Positions 48,591-58,806 of a stretch of DNA of 64,000 nt are shown here, piece after piece (the first letter of the stretch is position 1; every line of letters starts with the position of its first letter). The notes below the pieces were generated by a model. It searched no databases. It was not told the DNA's origin and saw only the letters and a list, made by a program, of their open reading frames with translations. The position numbers and the translations under genes are program-made. Origin of the DNA: a virus. The stretch lies in the IMG/VR virus record IMGVR_UViG_3300030116_003118, positions 20,495 to 84,494 of that record; one strand, given 5' to 3'.

Positions 48591-48998
48591 ATGGGAGGAA
48601 GAATAATGAGAAAAGAGAAACATAAATTTATAATAAGAGAGTTAGAAAGTATGCTAACAGTTATGAAAGATAGATGGGAAAACAAAGAAACAATTAGAAT
48701 GAACGTTGTTTCTGAATATGATAATTTAAAAGATTTAGTTAACGGCTTACCCGATGATTTCATTGGTGTAGACTGGATGAGAGAAAATATACGCACTCAG
48801 AAATCTTTGATTGATGACATGGAAAGAGTTTCAAAGGAACATCTAAAATGGATTGAAAAGTGTGAAGAAGCCGCACAAAGAATTGTGTATTCGATAGACC
48901 TGCATTCACAAGGAGTGTTATCGGAAGCAGAATTGAATGATGTAATATCAATGGAAGGAGAAGTATTAATGTCTTCGATTCCAGAGGAAGGGGTATAA
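48591..48998 (+). CDS. Helical hypothetical protein
   Basis: Tiled ORF. Confidence 0.6.
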   Translation: MGGRIMRKEKHKFIIRELESMLTVMKDRWENKETIRMNVVSEYDNLKDLVNGLPDDFIGVDWMRENIRTQKSLIDDMERVSKEHLKWIEKCEEAAQRIVYSIDLHSQGVLSEAELNDVISMEGEVLMSSIPEEGV

Positions 48999-49000
48999 AT

Positions 49001-49909
49001 ATGCTATGGACAGAAAAATATAGACCACAAAGATTAATAGATATAATAGGACAAGATAAATTTGTAAATGATGCGCAAACATGGAAAGAGCATGGGATGC
49101 CAAATGTATTGTTATACGGCATTGCAGGAACAGGTAAAACTGCGGCAGGTGGTGCATTAGCAAATGAAATACTAGGTGACAATCTATCGGGTAATTACTT
49201 TGAAATAAATGCTTCTGATGACAGAAGACTTGAAACTGTAAGAACCACGATAAAAGAGATTGCTACTTCAATGAAGGTTGGTAATGTACCTCATAAGATT
49301 GTATTGCTTGATGAGATGGATGGGATGACCCCTGATGCTCAAAACGCACTAAAGCGTATAATGGAAAGATATAGTCACAATATTCGTTTTGTGATTACAA
49401 CAAACAATAGAAACAAAATCATTATACCTTTACAATCAAGATGTGCTAACTATTTGTTTAGTAAGTTATCTAATCAAGACATTGAGTATGTATTGAGCAA
49501 AATACTTTCAGAAGAAGATATTGACGGTATTAGCCAAGATGATTTAGAAATGTTTATACCTGTTGTCGGGGGTGACTTGCGTAGGGCAATCACGGAGTTA
49601 CAGGCTTCGGTTGCCAGCAAAACGCCTTTAACAATACAAATAACAAGAATGATGGAACCTTACGACAATATAATGGAACAAATCATTTCTCAACAATATG
49701 AAAATGCACTCAAAGAAATTAATGATTTGCTATCCTTATCGGTAGATATGAAAACAGTTTGTATAAATTTACATGAAAGTGTTATGGGGATGGAGTTAGG
49801 TTCACCAGTTAAATTTAAACTATTAAGAGTTATAGGTGAAGCAGAGTGGAGAAGTAGTAATATGACACCAAAGTTACTAGCCGCTTGGATGGTAGGACAA
49901 ATGATATAA
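49001..49909 (+). CDS. rfcS: Replication factor C small subunit (clamp loader)
   Basis: LWTEKYRP, GIAGTGKT, EINASD, LLDEMD, AQNALKR, SRC, GDLRRAI. Confidence 0.95.
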   Translation: MLWTEKYRPQRLIDIIGQDKFVNDAQTWKEHGMPNVLLYGIAGTGKTAAGGALANEILGDNLSGNYFEINASDDRRLETVRTTIKEIATSMKVGNVPHKIVLLDEMDGMTPDAQNALKRIMERYSHNIRFVITTNNRNKIIIPLQSRCANYLFSKLSNQDIEYVLSKILSEEDIDGISQDDLEMFIPVVGGDLRRAITELQASVASKTPLTIQITRMMEPYDNIMEQIISQQYENALKEINDLLSLSVDMKTVCINLHESVMGMELGSPVKFKLLRVIGEAEWRSSNMTPKLLAAWMVGQMI

Positions 49910-49946
49910 TGGATGGAGTAGTAGTAGTATTCCTTTTGTTTATGTT

Positions 49947-50258
49947 ATGGAGAGCGTTGTTTGGAGGCAAACAGTTTTGAGCAGACAAATATTAGATTTT
50001 AATGAAGACGGTAATGTGGATTTGAAAGACATTAAACACTTAATGCTAAGATATGAAATAATTCTATTAGGAGGATTATTATTAATTATACTACCAATAC
50101 TTAATTCGTTAGGTATTATAACGGTAAGCAGTGATACATTTTGGATTTTAGCAGGTGTTGTGATTTCAGCAGAAGCACTATTAGAAATATACTACGAAAA
50201 GAAAAATGCTGAAAGAGCAAAGGAATTGAAGTTTATAAGTGAGGATGAAGAAAGATGA
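49947..50258 (+). CDS. Membrane protein with EF-hand-like loop
   Basis: DFNEDGNVDLKD followed by two hydrophobic segments. Confidence 0.6.
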   Translation: MESVVWRQTVLSRQILDFNEDGNVDLKDIKHLMLRYEIILLGGLLLIILPILNSLGIITVSSDTFWILAGVVISAEALLEIYYEKKNAERAKELKFISEDEER

Positions 50259-50332
50259 GACAGACAAAGTTAACAGAATTTGGATTAATAATAGACATTA
50301 GACAGGCATCAATATTGGAGTTTGTCGAATGA
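50255..50332 (+). CDS. 25 aa peptide with two PIP-box-like motifs
   Basis: Manual translation MRQTKLTEFGLIIDIRQASILEFVE; ATGA overlap and GAGG RBS. Confidence 0.5.
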   Translation: MRQTKLTEFGLIIDIRQASILEFVE

Positions 50333-50384
50333 CATGGGATGAATATAGAAAAAGAGTAATAGAATATAAGAAGAAAAGAACATA

Positions 50385-51620
50385 TTGGAGATGAATAAAA
50401 TGGATGAACATATAAGACAAGAAATTGCTAAGGCCGCACAGGTCTTAGAGATGGAGATAACAGAGGTTGAAGCAAAGTGGGCTGAAATCTGTGATAAAAA
50501 TAATATAACTGCGGAAGAAAGTAAACTGGGTCTAAGTCTATTTAGACAGTGGTTTAGTGGCATGAATGCACTAAAGAACCAACCACAGGCTGAACAAACT
50601 AGTGGTGGTGGTAGTGATTGGATTAAGGAGGCTAGAGGCTTCTTTATTTCAGCAGAAGCCGCAAGAGATATGGGTAAGTGGCAAAATGACCGTGTAAAGG
50701 GTGAATATGACCAAGCACCAGACCAAACATATCAAGCAGGAAAGGTAGCCATTGTGACACAAACACAAGAAGGTTATCAAGCAAAAAGAATGGATGCAGA
50801 AGAAGGAGAGAAGATAGGAATGCTATCAGACCTACCTGAAAACAATTTTGGTGTTGATTTAGATACTTGGATTGTACCTCTGCATGACCGCCATACTTGG
50901 GCTAATGGTGACAAGAACCCTATGTATGGCAAGCCTTTGCCTCATGCACAATGGATGATGGCAGGGGTCTTTGTAGGAGAAGTAGAAGGAAACACAGGAG
51001 TTTATTACTTTTCATACAAGGGAGAGGCTTGTAAGAGTTTTACACCAACTACTTTCAAGTTGTGTACCGTGCCTGTTGTTAAGGACAGAAACCACTCAAA
51101 CAGATTGTATGGTTTCAAGACAGGAACACTAGAAGGACTAGTGTATGAAGAAGATGAAACTAAGTGTCCATCTGTAAGCGAACTACAGTCTTACATTATG
51201 GAACATGCATCTGCTAACTATACTGGTCTTTTGAACCTGAACAGATATCATACAGAGATGCAAAGTTCTGGGAAGAGAAGCCCAGAAAGATTTGCTATTA
51301 CTGATGGTTCTGTTTCTAGTATTAATATGACACCGAACTCTTTCGGAACACGAAGAATGACTATTACAGACATTAACGCTGATTTCGATTATGAAGGCGG
51401 TTCATGGGCAGGAACTACTTGTTGGATTCCTGAACACTTGGACATTGATTTTGGTATCGGTTCAAGCGTTGTTCTAGTTGGTAGAACTTCTCAAAGAAAG
51501 AATGATGACGGTAGTTGGGGAGATGTCTCTCTAAACGTTAGCGGTCTTTTCTGTGTAGAAAACCGTGGCGTACTTGTTGAACCCTTTGAGGCACAAGAAG
51601 AAGACTTAGATTGGTTCTAA
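50385..51620 (+). CDS. RPA-like OB-fold single-stranded DNA-binding protein
   Basis: C-terminal OB-like strand pattern (ITDGSV...MTITD...TCW...GSSVVLVGR); acidic-aromatic tail EEDLDWF; replication context. Confidence 0.6.
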   Translation: MEMNKMDEHIRQEIAKAAQVLEMEITEVEAKWAEICDKNNITAEESKLGLSLFRQWFSGMNALKNQPQAEQTSGGGSDWIKEARGFFISAEAARDMGKWQNDRVKGEYDQAPDQTYQAGKVAIVTQTQEGYQAKRMDAEEGEKIGMLSDLPENNFGVDLDTWIVPLHDRHTWANGDKNPMYGKPLPHAQWMMAGVFVGEVEGNTGVYYFSYKGEACKSFTPTTFKLCTVPVVKDRNHSNRLYGFKTGTLEGLVYEEDETKCPSVSELQSYIMEHASANYTGLLNLNRYHTEMQSSGKRSPERFAITDGSVSSINMTPNSFGTRRMTITDINADFDYEGGSWAGTTCWIPEHLDIDFGIGSSVVLVGRTSQRKNDDGSWGDVSLNVSGLFCVENRGVLVEPFEAQEEDLDWF

Positions 51621-51683
51621 GCCTAATACTCCTAGCGGTGGTTGTGACCGTCAAAGGGGTGCGATGCCCCCAAAGGTGATAAA

Positions 51684-51926
51684 ATGTTTAAGATAGAAGA
51701 TGGTGTAATTCATGGTAGTAGTTTTGCAGTTAAAATAGAAACTGTAGAATTTCTAACATGGAGATTAAATGAGGAAAGTTCTATGTATTGGGTGAAGTTT
51801 CACTTGCCTTCTGGTAAAGAAATTAGAATACAGGTTGAAGAAGAATCACTTAGAGACATAGTTGATGAATGGGGAAATGGAAATATAGATTTAGATTTGG
51901 TGAATAATAATGGATTGGACTACTGA
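51684..51926 (+). CDS. Hypothetical protein
   Basis: 80 aa; AGGTGA RBS. Confidence 0.7.
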   Translation: MFKIEDGVIHGSSFAVKIETVEFLTWRLNEESSMYWVKFHLPSGKEIRIQVEEESLRDIVDEWGNGNIDLDLVNNNGLDY

Positions 51927-52773
51927 GAAGAAAGGTAATGCAGTAACTAAGGAAAACTTAGAAACTACTGATAAGATAAAAGAAGAAATTGACAAGGTTA
52001 ATTTTGGTAAGGAACAAGAAGAATGGAACAAGCAATATGCTAAGGCTTTCTTGAAGAAGAGAACCGAAAAGAGCAGAATATGTGTTGGTCTTTGGGGCGA
52101 CCCAAAGAGAGGTAAAACGGGTGTAGCCCTAGATTTTCCTGATAGACCAATCTTTGTATTAGATTGGGATAGAGGGGTAGAATCTATTTGGAGAGAGCAT
52201 CACGATGCAGATGAAAGAATAAAGATATACTGTCCTATCATAAAGGATAAGGACAACATTATTGATATTAATAAGTCTGAAAAGAACTCACTAATGTTTA
52301 TTAACATGGCGAGAGATTTTATGCAAGAAAACCCGGAAGAAAAGCCTGTGTTTGTATTTGATGGAGTAGATACATTTCACGATGCGGCTCTGCTTAAGGT
52401 AAATCCTAATCCACTAGTGGTAACACAGTTAATGCCGTGGCAATATGGTGAAAGAAACAAGACCTTTAACTTCATGTTAGAGTCTGTATATTCTTTGCCT
52501 TGTGATGTAGTATATATTACTCACAAGAAAGAGCGTTATCTTAATAACGCTGTTGTTGGCTATGACCCGGTTTGGAAAGATTGGGGTGGAAAACTAGAGC
52601 AAGAGATTTCTTTCTCAGCACAAGAGAGTAAAGGCGAGATAAAGTACGTTGCTAAGTTATTAGCAAGCAGAACTAATGGTAATCTCGTTGGAACTATTTG
52701 GACTGTTAGAGAAGGTAAGCCTCCTAACACAGTTTGGCACGGAATACCAGAATTAAGAGAGGGAACAATATGA
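51910..52773 (+). CDS. RecA-fold/AAA_24 (Sak4-like) ATPase
   Basis: GDPKRGKT, VLDWDRG, FVFDGVD, VVYITH. Confidence 0.75.
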   Translation: MDWTTEKKGNAVTKENLETTDKIKEEIDKVNFGKEQEEWNKQYAKAFLKKRTEKSRICVGLWGDPKRGKTGVALDFPDRPIFVLDWDRGVESIWREHHDADERIKIYCPIIKDKDNIIDINKSEKNSLMFINMARDFMQENPEEKPVFVFDGVDTFHDAALLKVNPNPLVVTQLMPWQYGERNKTFNFMLESVYSLPCDVVYITHKKERYLNNAVVGYDPVWKDWGGKLEQEISFSAQESKGEIKYVAKLLASRTNGNLVGTIWTVREGKPPNTVWHGIPELREGTI

Positions 52774-53543
52774 TAGATATAACCGTTAACTTAGATAAAT
52801 TTAAGGAAGCGGTTGAGGCAATTTGGCTTAAAGGCAAGTATAAGTCCTCAACCGTTTCTAAGATAGACTCAATAAATAATTTGGGTGTTATCTTCCTTTA
52901 TAATGATAATACAATAACTCTTGCTAATGCAAATGATACCATTGCCGCAAGCGTTACACTACGAGTATATACTCAAGTAGTTGTAGATGAAGAGAAGATG
53001 ATGATATTTGATATAGAGAAACTAAATAAGTATTTGAAAGTATTCAAGTCAGATAGAATAAATATTAGAATAACAGATGCGATGTTATCACTAAGCAACG
53101 ATGACCAAACTGCTAGAATGCAAATGTCTATAGAACATAGTAATTTAAATGCAATACTTAAGATTCAACAATTTAGCATACCAAGCGAAGGTATGCCCAC
53201 ATTCGGTAAGACCCTGTTAGATACTAAGATATCTATTCAAGGAACAGAACTTGCTAAAGCAATCAAACATTGTAATATTGTTGGAACCGCTACATTCAAA
53301 TTTGATTATAACGGAACACATTTGAAAGTGTCTTCCAGTAACTTTCATCAAACAGAACATTTTGATTGTTTTGTACCTATGGTCTCACACGAAGGCGAAC
53401 CTTCTACCGTTGAGTTTTCTGCACCCCTTGATAAATTTTGTCAAGACGGAGTTATGTTTCTTTATCTGAAAGATGACAAGCCTGTTTTACTCATAGGCCC
53501 AAACAGAAAACTAGTGGTAGCCCCATACATAAGAGCGAATTAA
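52770..53543 (+). CDS. Sliding clamp (PCNA-like)
   Basis: About 257 aa, two-domain alternating pattern ending KPVLL...LVVAP; immediately upstream of PolB. Confidence 0.7.
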   Translation: MIDITVNLDKFKEAVEAIWLKGKYKSSTVSKIDSINNLGVIFLYNDNTITLANANDTIAASVTLRVYTQVVVDEEKMMIFDIEKLNKYLKVFKSDRINIRITDAMLSLSNDDQTARMQMSIEHSNLNAILKIQQFSIPSEGMPTFGKTLLDTKISIQGTELAKAIKHCNIVGTATFKFDYNGTHLKVSSSNFHQTEHFDCFVPMVSHEGEPSTVEFSAPLDKFCQDGVMFLYLKDDKPVLLIGPNRKLVVAPYIRAN

Positions 53544-53544
53544 T

Positions 53545-55203
53545 ATGATAATAACAACCCTAAATAGAACAAATGAAATAGCAATGAGATGGAGAGAAGG
53601 AGAAGAGAGAAAAGAAAATCTTGTATCCTTCAATGATTTCAGTCCCTACTTTTTTATTGAAGAAGAGACTAGAGAACCGAGTTTTCTCCGTGTAAAACTT
53701 GGTCACTATTCTCAACCTCAACGAGTAGAAATAAAATATGAGTCTGGGGATTGGGTTTCTCTTGAAGGTAAAAAACTAAAGAAGGTATCGTGGAATCCAC
53801 CGTTACCTGAATATAATAAAATTATAAGAAAAAATTGGGACAATACCTATGAAGCAGACGTACCCTTTGTGTATAGATATACTGTTGATAAACTTACTTC
53901 TATTCCTGAATATAATTTGAAGAAATGGTATTGGGATATGGAGTGGCAACAGGGTGGGGAATATGATGGTGCTATTACTTGCATAATAAAATATGACAGT
54001 TATGTTGAAGACTATACAGTATATGCTTGGTATCCTGAACCTTACATTCAAAATGGTATAACTATATTTGATACTGAGAAAAAAATGCTAGAGGCTTTCC
54101 TAAAAGATTTAACTGAAAGCGACCCTGATATGCTTATCTCTTGGTTCGGGTCAAAGTTCGATTTGCCGAAACTTATCGAAAGATTACTGCACAACGACTT
54201 AGACCCAAGAAAACTTTCTCCATACAATGAAGTAAAAGGGATTTACTTTGACGACAAAGAAATGAAACTCAAGATGACAAAAAAGGTTAACAATTATTCC
54301 CCAATCGAACAACCTGTCAAGGGAAGAATATTACTAAATCTTGATGTTGCATTTGAAAGACAATGGAATGATTCTCAAAGAGGAACGTTACCTTCACTTG
54401 CATTAGATTATGTTGCAGAATTATTGCTTGATGAGAAAAAGTTAGTAAGCGAAAAGTTTCCTGATAAGAACGAATTCTTTGCTAAAGGTTGGCTTGAGGA
54501 TGCAGAGACATATCTTGAATATGCAAAGAAAGATGTTGAGTTGCTTGTTAGGATAGATGAGAAAAATTATCTATCCGAATCTATAATAGCCCTACAAAGA
54601 TTACTAGTTGCCCCTTTCGATGCTTGTTTTTATGCAAGCAATATGGGAAGCATATATTTTATGAGAAATGCAGATTGGAAGGCTCCTACTGGTAAGGATG
54701 GGCCAAAGGTAACTTATGAAGGTGCTATGATATATGACCCTTCTAATGAAGGTACACATGGACTACATGAAAATGTTGCGGCTTTTGATTTCGCAGGGCT
54801 GTATCCTTCAATTACTGTAGCACTCAATATTAGTTGGGAAACTAAAACAAACGAGGAAACTGGGTTTGGAATAAATATTCTAACTCCTAGAGACTTTAGT
54901 GAAGAAACCCAAAAAGATATGCGATATTACAAAACAGACAAATTAGGTATGTTGCCGAAAGCAGTTTTAGAACTAAAGACTCTTAGAAACCAATATAAGA
55001 AAAACATGAAAGAGGCTGAGACTGAGGATGAATATTATAAATGGTATAACAATCAGATGGCTGTTAAAAGATTGATGGCTTCTTTTTATGGTATCATCGG
55101 GTATCAGGGTTTTTCTTGGGCTGATATAGATATGGCCGCAAGTATCACAGCAGGTGCGAGAAAAGCAATTAGAAGTGCGGCATTCAAGGTGATGGAATTA
55201 TGA
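53545..55203 (+). CDS. polB: DNA polymerase B, N-terminal part (3'-5' exonuclease plus motifs A and B)
   Basis: WDME, FGSKFD, YAKKDV, FDFAGLYPS, KRLMASFYG; stops before motif C. Confidence 0.92.
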   Translation: MIITTLNRTNEIAMRWREGEERKENLVSFNDFSPYFFIEEETREPSFLRVKLGHYSQPQRVEIKYESGDWVSLEGKKLKKVSWNPPLPEYNKIIRKNWDNTYEADVPFVYRYTVDKLTSIPEYNLKKWYWDMEWQQGGEYDGAITCIIKYDSYVEDYTVYAWYPEPYIQNGITIFDTEKKMLEAFLKDLTESDPDMLISWFGSKFDLPKLIERLLHNDLDPRKLSPYNEVKGIYFDDKEMKLKMTKKVNNYSPIEQPVKGRILLNLDVAFERQWNDSQRGTLPSLALDYVAELLLDEKKLVSEKFPDKNEFFAKGWLEDAETYLEYAKKDVELLVRIDEKNYLSESIIALQRLLVAPFDACFYASNMGSIYFMRNADWKAPTGKDGPKVTYEGAMIYDPSNEGTHGLHENVAAFDFAGLYPSITVALNISWETKTNEETGFGINILTPRDFSEETQKDMRYYKTDKLGMLPKAVLELKTLRNQYKKNMKEAETEDEYYKWYNNQMAVKRLMASFYGIIGYQGFSWADIDMAASITAGARKAIRSAAFKVMEL

Positions 55204-55334
55204 GCAGAAGAGTTAATATAGAACTATGGGCGCAAGATAATTTTGGTACTCTAGCATTAGCGAGAACAGTTTTTGGCTTAGTAAAAGTTATCATAGCAAT
55301 TGTAATTATGAATGAAATATTAGGGGGAGTATAA
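55200..55334 (+). CDS. 44 aa hydrophobic protein between the polB halves
   Basis: Manual translation; ATGA and TAATG overlaps. Confidence 0.55.
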   Translation: MSRRVNIELWAQDNFGTLALARTVFGLVKVIIAIVIMNEILGGV

Positions 55335-55486
55335 TGAAACCATGTTTTAATTGTAAGACCTTTGATGGTACAAATAATAAGGGAATTATAATCGCTTTAC
55401 AATCTACTAAATATGGTAATCTGTGTCCTAAATGTGTCAATGAGGGTGCAGGACTATTGTGGTTAAAAAAGGTGGGAAAAATATGA
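55334..55486 (+). CDS. 50 aa Zn-finger protein between the polB halves
   Basis: MKPCFNC...LCPKC; overlaps flanking ORFs. Confidence 0.6.
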   Translation: MKPCFNCKTFDGTNNKGIIIALQSTKYGNLCPKCVNEGAGLLWLKKVGKI

Positions 55487-56385
55487 AGTTAGTATACGGT
55501 CATACAGATTCAATTTATGTTCAAATGCCAATGGAACAGACCGAAGAAATACTTGCTTTACTTAATAACCATGTTAGAAAAGAGTTTCCTAACCTTCTAG
55601 GGTTGGAGGAACATCCTATTGTTTTAGAACACGAAAAGTATTTTCAATCACTAGGAGTAGGAACAACAAAGAATAGAAACGCCGGACTTATTAACTGGAA
55701 AGATGGTAAATATTTAGATGAGCCTGAGTTTGTAATGACGGGCTTTGTAGCAAAGAGAGTAGCAATAACTGAGATTGAAAAGTTTATTCAGATGAAAGTA
55801 TTGAGAATGTGGGTGGAGAAAACACCTGAATCAGAAGTCACTACTTTCTTGAAAACTTGGTATAATAAAGTAATATCTGGAGATATTGAGTTAGAAAAAC
55901 TTACAAACAGAAGTAGATATAAACCAGAAAAACTAACCTTCAAATGTTATAATTGTAATAAGCAATCTACATCTAAAGAGTTGGTAGAATTAGAGATAGA
56001 TTATTGTACCAAGTGTGGTTCAGAAAAAACATTAACTACTTTAGAAGGTAAGAGACCTAGTATTTCTCAAGGAACAGAAGGATTGTTATGGTATAATCAA
56101 CAATCGTTTTCAGAAGAAATAGAAGATTCTTATTTGTATGTTAGAGTTTCAGATATACCAACGAGACCTAGATATAAAAACCCGGTAACAGGAGAATGGA
56201 AAAGACCAAGATATGTTTCTGCCCCCACAAAGAAACTATTGGAAGAAATAGCAACTACACCAGATTATCATCATTATGGTAATGCATTGGTGAAGAAAGC
56301 CGAACCTATTTATCGAGCAATGGGTTGGGATTTAGATAAAGTAAAGTTCGATATAAACCAAAAAACATTAGATGAGTGGTGGTAA
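55483..56385 (+). CDS. polB: DNA polymerase B, C-terminal part (motif C, thumb)
   Basis: YGHTDS, KNRNAG, Zn-ribbon insert CYNC/CTKC, terminal PIP box QKTLDEWW. Confidence 0.9.
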   Translation: MKLVYGHTDSIYVQMPMEQTEEILALLNNHVRKEFPNLLGLEEHPIVLEHEKYFQSLGVGTTKNRNAGLINWKDGKYLDEPEFVMTGFVAKRVAITEIEKFIQMKVLRMWVEKTPESEVTTFLKTWYNKVISGDIELEKLTNRSRYKPEKLTFKCYNCNKQSTSKELVELEIDYCTKCGSEKTLTTLEGKRPSISQGTEGLLWYNQQSFSEEIEDSYLYVRVSDIPTRPRYKNPVTGEWKRPRYVSAPTKKLLEEIATTPDYHHYGNALVKKAEPIYRAMGWDLDKVKFDINQKTLDEWW

Positions 56386-56674
56386 AATGAGTTTTGAAGA
56401 ATATAAAGAAAATATGTATTCTGCGCAAGCAGGTAGTCATGGAATACCCGGCAATAGATGCTGTGGTAATTCATTAGCAGGAATATTATCTGACGCTGAA
56501 TGGGGATTATTTGGCCCTAATGCAACAGAAGAAGATAAAGAGATTGCTGCCAATATAGTTAAGTTACTAGAGGTACTAGAAACAGTAGGAATGGAAGCAG
56601 GTATTGATTATGCTATTAACCAGATGGCGTATCAAACTTCTGTGTATCATTATGTAAAGGAGGAAGAAGAGTGA
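56372..56674 (+). CDS. Hypothetical protein
   Basis: Tiled ORF. Confidence 0.6.
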   Translation: MSGGKMSFEEYKENMYSAQAGSHGIPGNRCCGNSLAGILSDAEWGLFGPNATEEDKEIAANIVKLLEVLETVGMEAGIDYAINQMAYQTSVYHYVKEEEE

Positions 56675-57522
56675 AGGAATATACTTACCAATGGAATCAT
56701 GAAGAAGAAGAACCTGTATTGAAGATAACAAAATCTTCATATGGTTCTTTTAAGTGGTGTCCTAAGAAATATGAGTTTTCTTATATTGAAAGATTGCCAC
56801 AAGATACTACAGATGCCATGATTAAAGGAACTGTAGTTCACAATACTAGAGAGGATTTTTTTAACACATTTGATGTGCAAAAAGCAGAAAGTATGTCATA
56901 CGATGAATTAGTCCAATATAATATAGGGCTACATCCTGTTGATGATTATGGTGATATTTATGCAACGATGTCTAGTTTTGAAGCACAGCGTTTTGTTGAT
57001 GCTAGACAAAAAGACCAGTTACAAGACTATCTTCCTGTTATTAATGAGATTATGTTAGATGCGGAAATAACTATTCCTCATGACACAAATTCTAAATTCA
57101 TTTTACTACGAGATTATACTGTGCATTTGCAAGGTATTATTGACAGAATGTTTAGACAAGGTGACAATTACATCCCAATAGAATTGAAGACAGGGCCGTG
57201 GAAAGACTACAAACTAACTACAATGAGAGCAGAAATGTCTTTTTACAAACTACTTATGGATAATGCTACTGACGAAGAATTAAGAAACAAAGGCATTGAA
57301 AGACAAGAAATAACACATTGGGGTTGGTATTATCCTGTATCTAATTATATTCAGGTTGAACCAGTAAAGAAAACCAGCATCAATGCAGTAAAGAAAGGAA
57401 TAGCACAACTGTTGTATTCATATGAAAGAAATGCATTCCCAGAAAAATATTATTACAAGACTTGTAACTTTTGTAGTTTTAAACCACTTTGTCCTGCGGC
57501 ACAAGAGGCGGAATTTATATGA
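56671..57522 (+). CDS. Cas4-like PD-(D/E)XK exonuclease
   Basis: WCPKK, GTVVH, GIIDR...IELKTG, CNFCSFKPLC (4-Cys Fe-S pattern). Confidence 0.85.
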   Translation: MKEYTYQWNHEEEEPVLKITKSSYGSFKWCPKKYEFSYIERLPQDTTDAMIKGTVVHNTREDFFNTFDVQKAESMSYDELVQYNIGLHPVDDYGDIYATMSSFEAQRFVDARQKDQLQDYLPVINEIMLDAEITIPHDTNSKFILLRDYTVHLQGIIDRMFRQGDNYIPIELKTGPWKDYKLTTMRAEMSFYKLLMDNATDEELRNKGIERQEITHWGWYYPVSNYIQVEPVKKTSINAVKKGIAQLLYSYERNAFPEKYYYKTCNFCSFKPLCPAAQEAEFI

Positions 57523-57884
57523 TTAAAGAAAAAGTAATAGATAAGTTAAAAGGAAAAATATGGACATTTGATGAGATTAGTCAAATCAATGTGTTAATAG
57601 AAAAAATTCAAGATGAAATATATGATGAATTGAATGCTAAAGAAAAATTAGACTTAGTATTCAACAAAGAGATACCCGGAGATGGAAGAACATTTGGTGA
57701 GTTTTTCAAAGCAAACGTTGATGTTATTTTATCGGAACAAATAGCAATAATAATAAAAGAGCAATTAAGCCAAGCAAAAATAAATTTTAATGAGGATGAT
57801 AATAATGAAGTTTCCAAGAGAAGTTTGGGCGGGCAGTCACATAAAGAACGCTCCACAAATGAAAAGACAGATAGTAAGAAGTAA
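57489..57884 (+). CDS. Hypothetical protein
   Basis: Tiled ORF. Confidence 0.55.
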   Translation: MSCGTRGGIYMIKEKVIDKLKGKIWTFDEISQINVLIEKIQDEIYDELNAKEKLDLVFNKEIPGDGRTFGEFFKANVDVILSEQIAIIIKEQLSQAKINFNEDDNNEVSKRSLGGQSHKERSTNEKTDSKK

Positions 57885-58806
57885 GAAAGAGTTTACTGAT
57901 TGGGTTAATTCTTTTAATGGTGTAATGAACTGTTATACAACAGTATATGATTTTGAGCATTTTGCTGAAACTGCAAAGGTGGATTCTTCTGTTATAATTG
58001 ATAGAGCGTTTTTAGATTTTGATGCGCATGGTGAACCGTTAGAAAAAGCATGGGTTGATTTTAAAAATGTTTATGAAAAGTTATTCATGGAAGGTATAAA
58101 GTTTGATGCATTCTTTTCTGGTAAAGGATTTCACATTATAGTATATGGAGAACAAGTAAATGATATCAGAAGCATTCAAGCATATTTTACCGGGTTGGCT
58201 AAAAATTATCCTACCCTTGATAGAAGCGGTGTTCAAACTAATAGACTTCGCAGAATCCCTAACACAGTAAACCTCAGTAGTGAAGGCCCATATTTTTGTA
58301 TTCCTCTTAATGATAATGATGTTAGTTTTTATAAACTTAAGGCTATCTTAAAATTGGCTGAAAAACCTAGACAAAAACCTAAAAGAGTAACTAGTACATT
58401 AATGAAGTGGCCTAAAGTAAAACCTATTGAAATGGTGGATGTAGAAATAGAAGCACCAAAACCACCGGGAGAGTTACCAATTATACCATGTTTATACAAC
58501 GCAATCATGGTAGAGAATCCCGGACATTATGCGAGAGTGTATTTAACTCAATGGTATAGAGATATATTAGCAATGGGTGAAAGAGAATTACCAACAGAAG
58601 AAAGAGAAAAAATAGTAGGTATAATTATGAATGAGTTCAAAGCAATAGCATCACATGCAAACGTGTGGTTAGATTGGGATGAACAAGTTACATTAAAGCA
58701 CGTTAGATTCATTGTAAATGGAGGATACCATGCACCAAGTTGTAAAGATAAATTAATCCCTCAGGGATATTGTCCCGGTAAATGTTGGAGATATGCAGAT
58801 GGATAA
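57805..58806 (+). CDS. Archaeo-eukaryotic primase, PriS catalytic domain fused to PriL-like Fe-S domain
   Basis: LDFD, FSGKGFH, RLRRIPNTVN; PC...GHYAR...YHAPSC...GYC..KC. Confidence 0.85.
   Translation: MKFPREVWAGSHIKNAPQMKRQIVRSKKEFTDWVNSFNGVMNCYTTVYDFEHFAETAKVDSSVIIDRAFLDFDAHGEPLEKAWVDFKNVYEKLFMEGIKFDAFFSGKGFHIIVYGEQVNDIRSIQAYFTGLAKNYPTLDRSGVQTNRLRRIPNTVNLSSEGPYFCIPLNDNDVSFYKLKAILKLAEKPRQKPKRVTSTLMKWPKVKPIEMVDVEIEAPKPPGELPIIPCLYNAIMVENPGHYARVYLTQWYRDILAMGERELPTEEREKIVGIIMNEFKAIASHANVWLDWDEQVTLKHVRFIVNGGYHAPSCKDKLIPQGYCPGKCWRYADG

Noticed and set aside
41488-51940. MSWKWTKEE (41488) and MDWTTEKK (51910) as tag-bearing proteins
   Set aside because: They lack the two hydrophobic residues before Lys; in 41488 the Trp belongs to a Myb-like repeat
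55200-55486. Intein or intron interrupting polB
   Set aside because: No intein Cys/His-Asn termini or intron-like structure; the gap is filled by two tightly overlapped small ORFs
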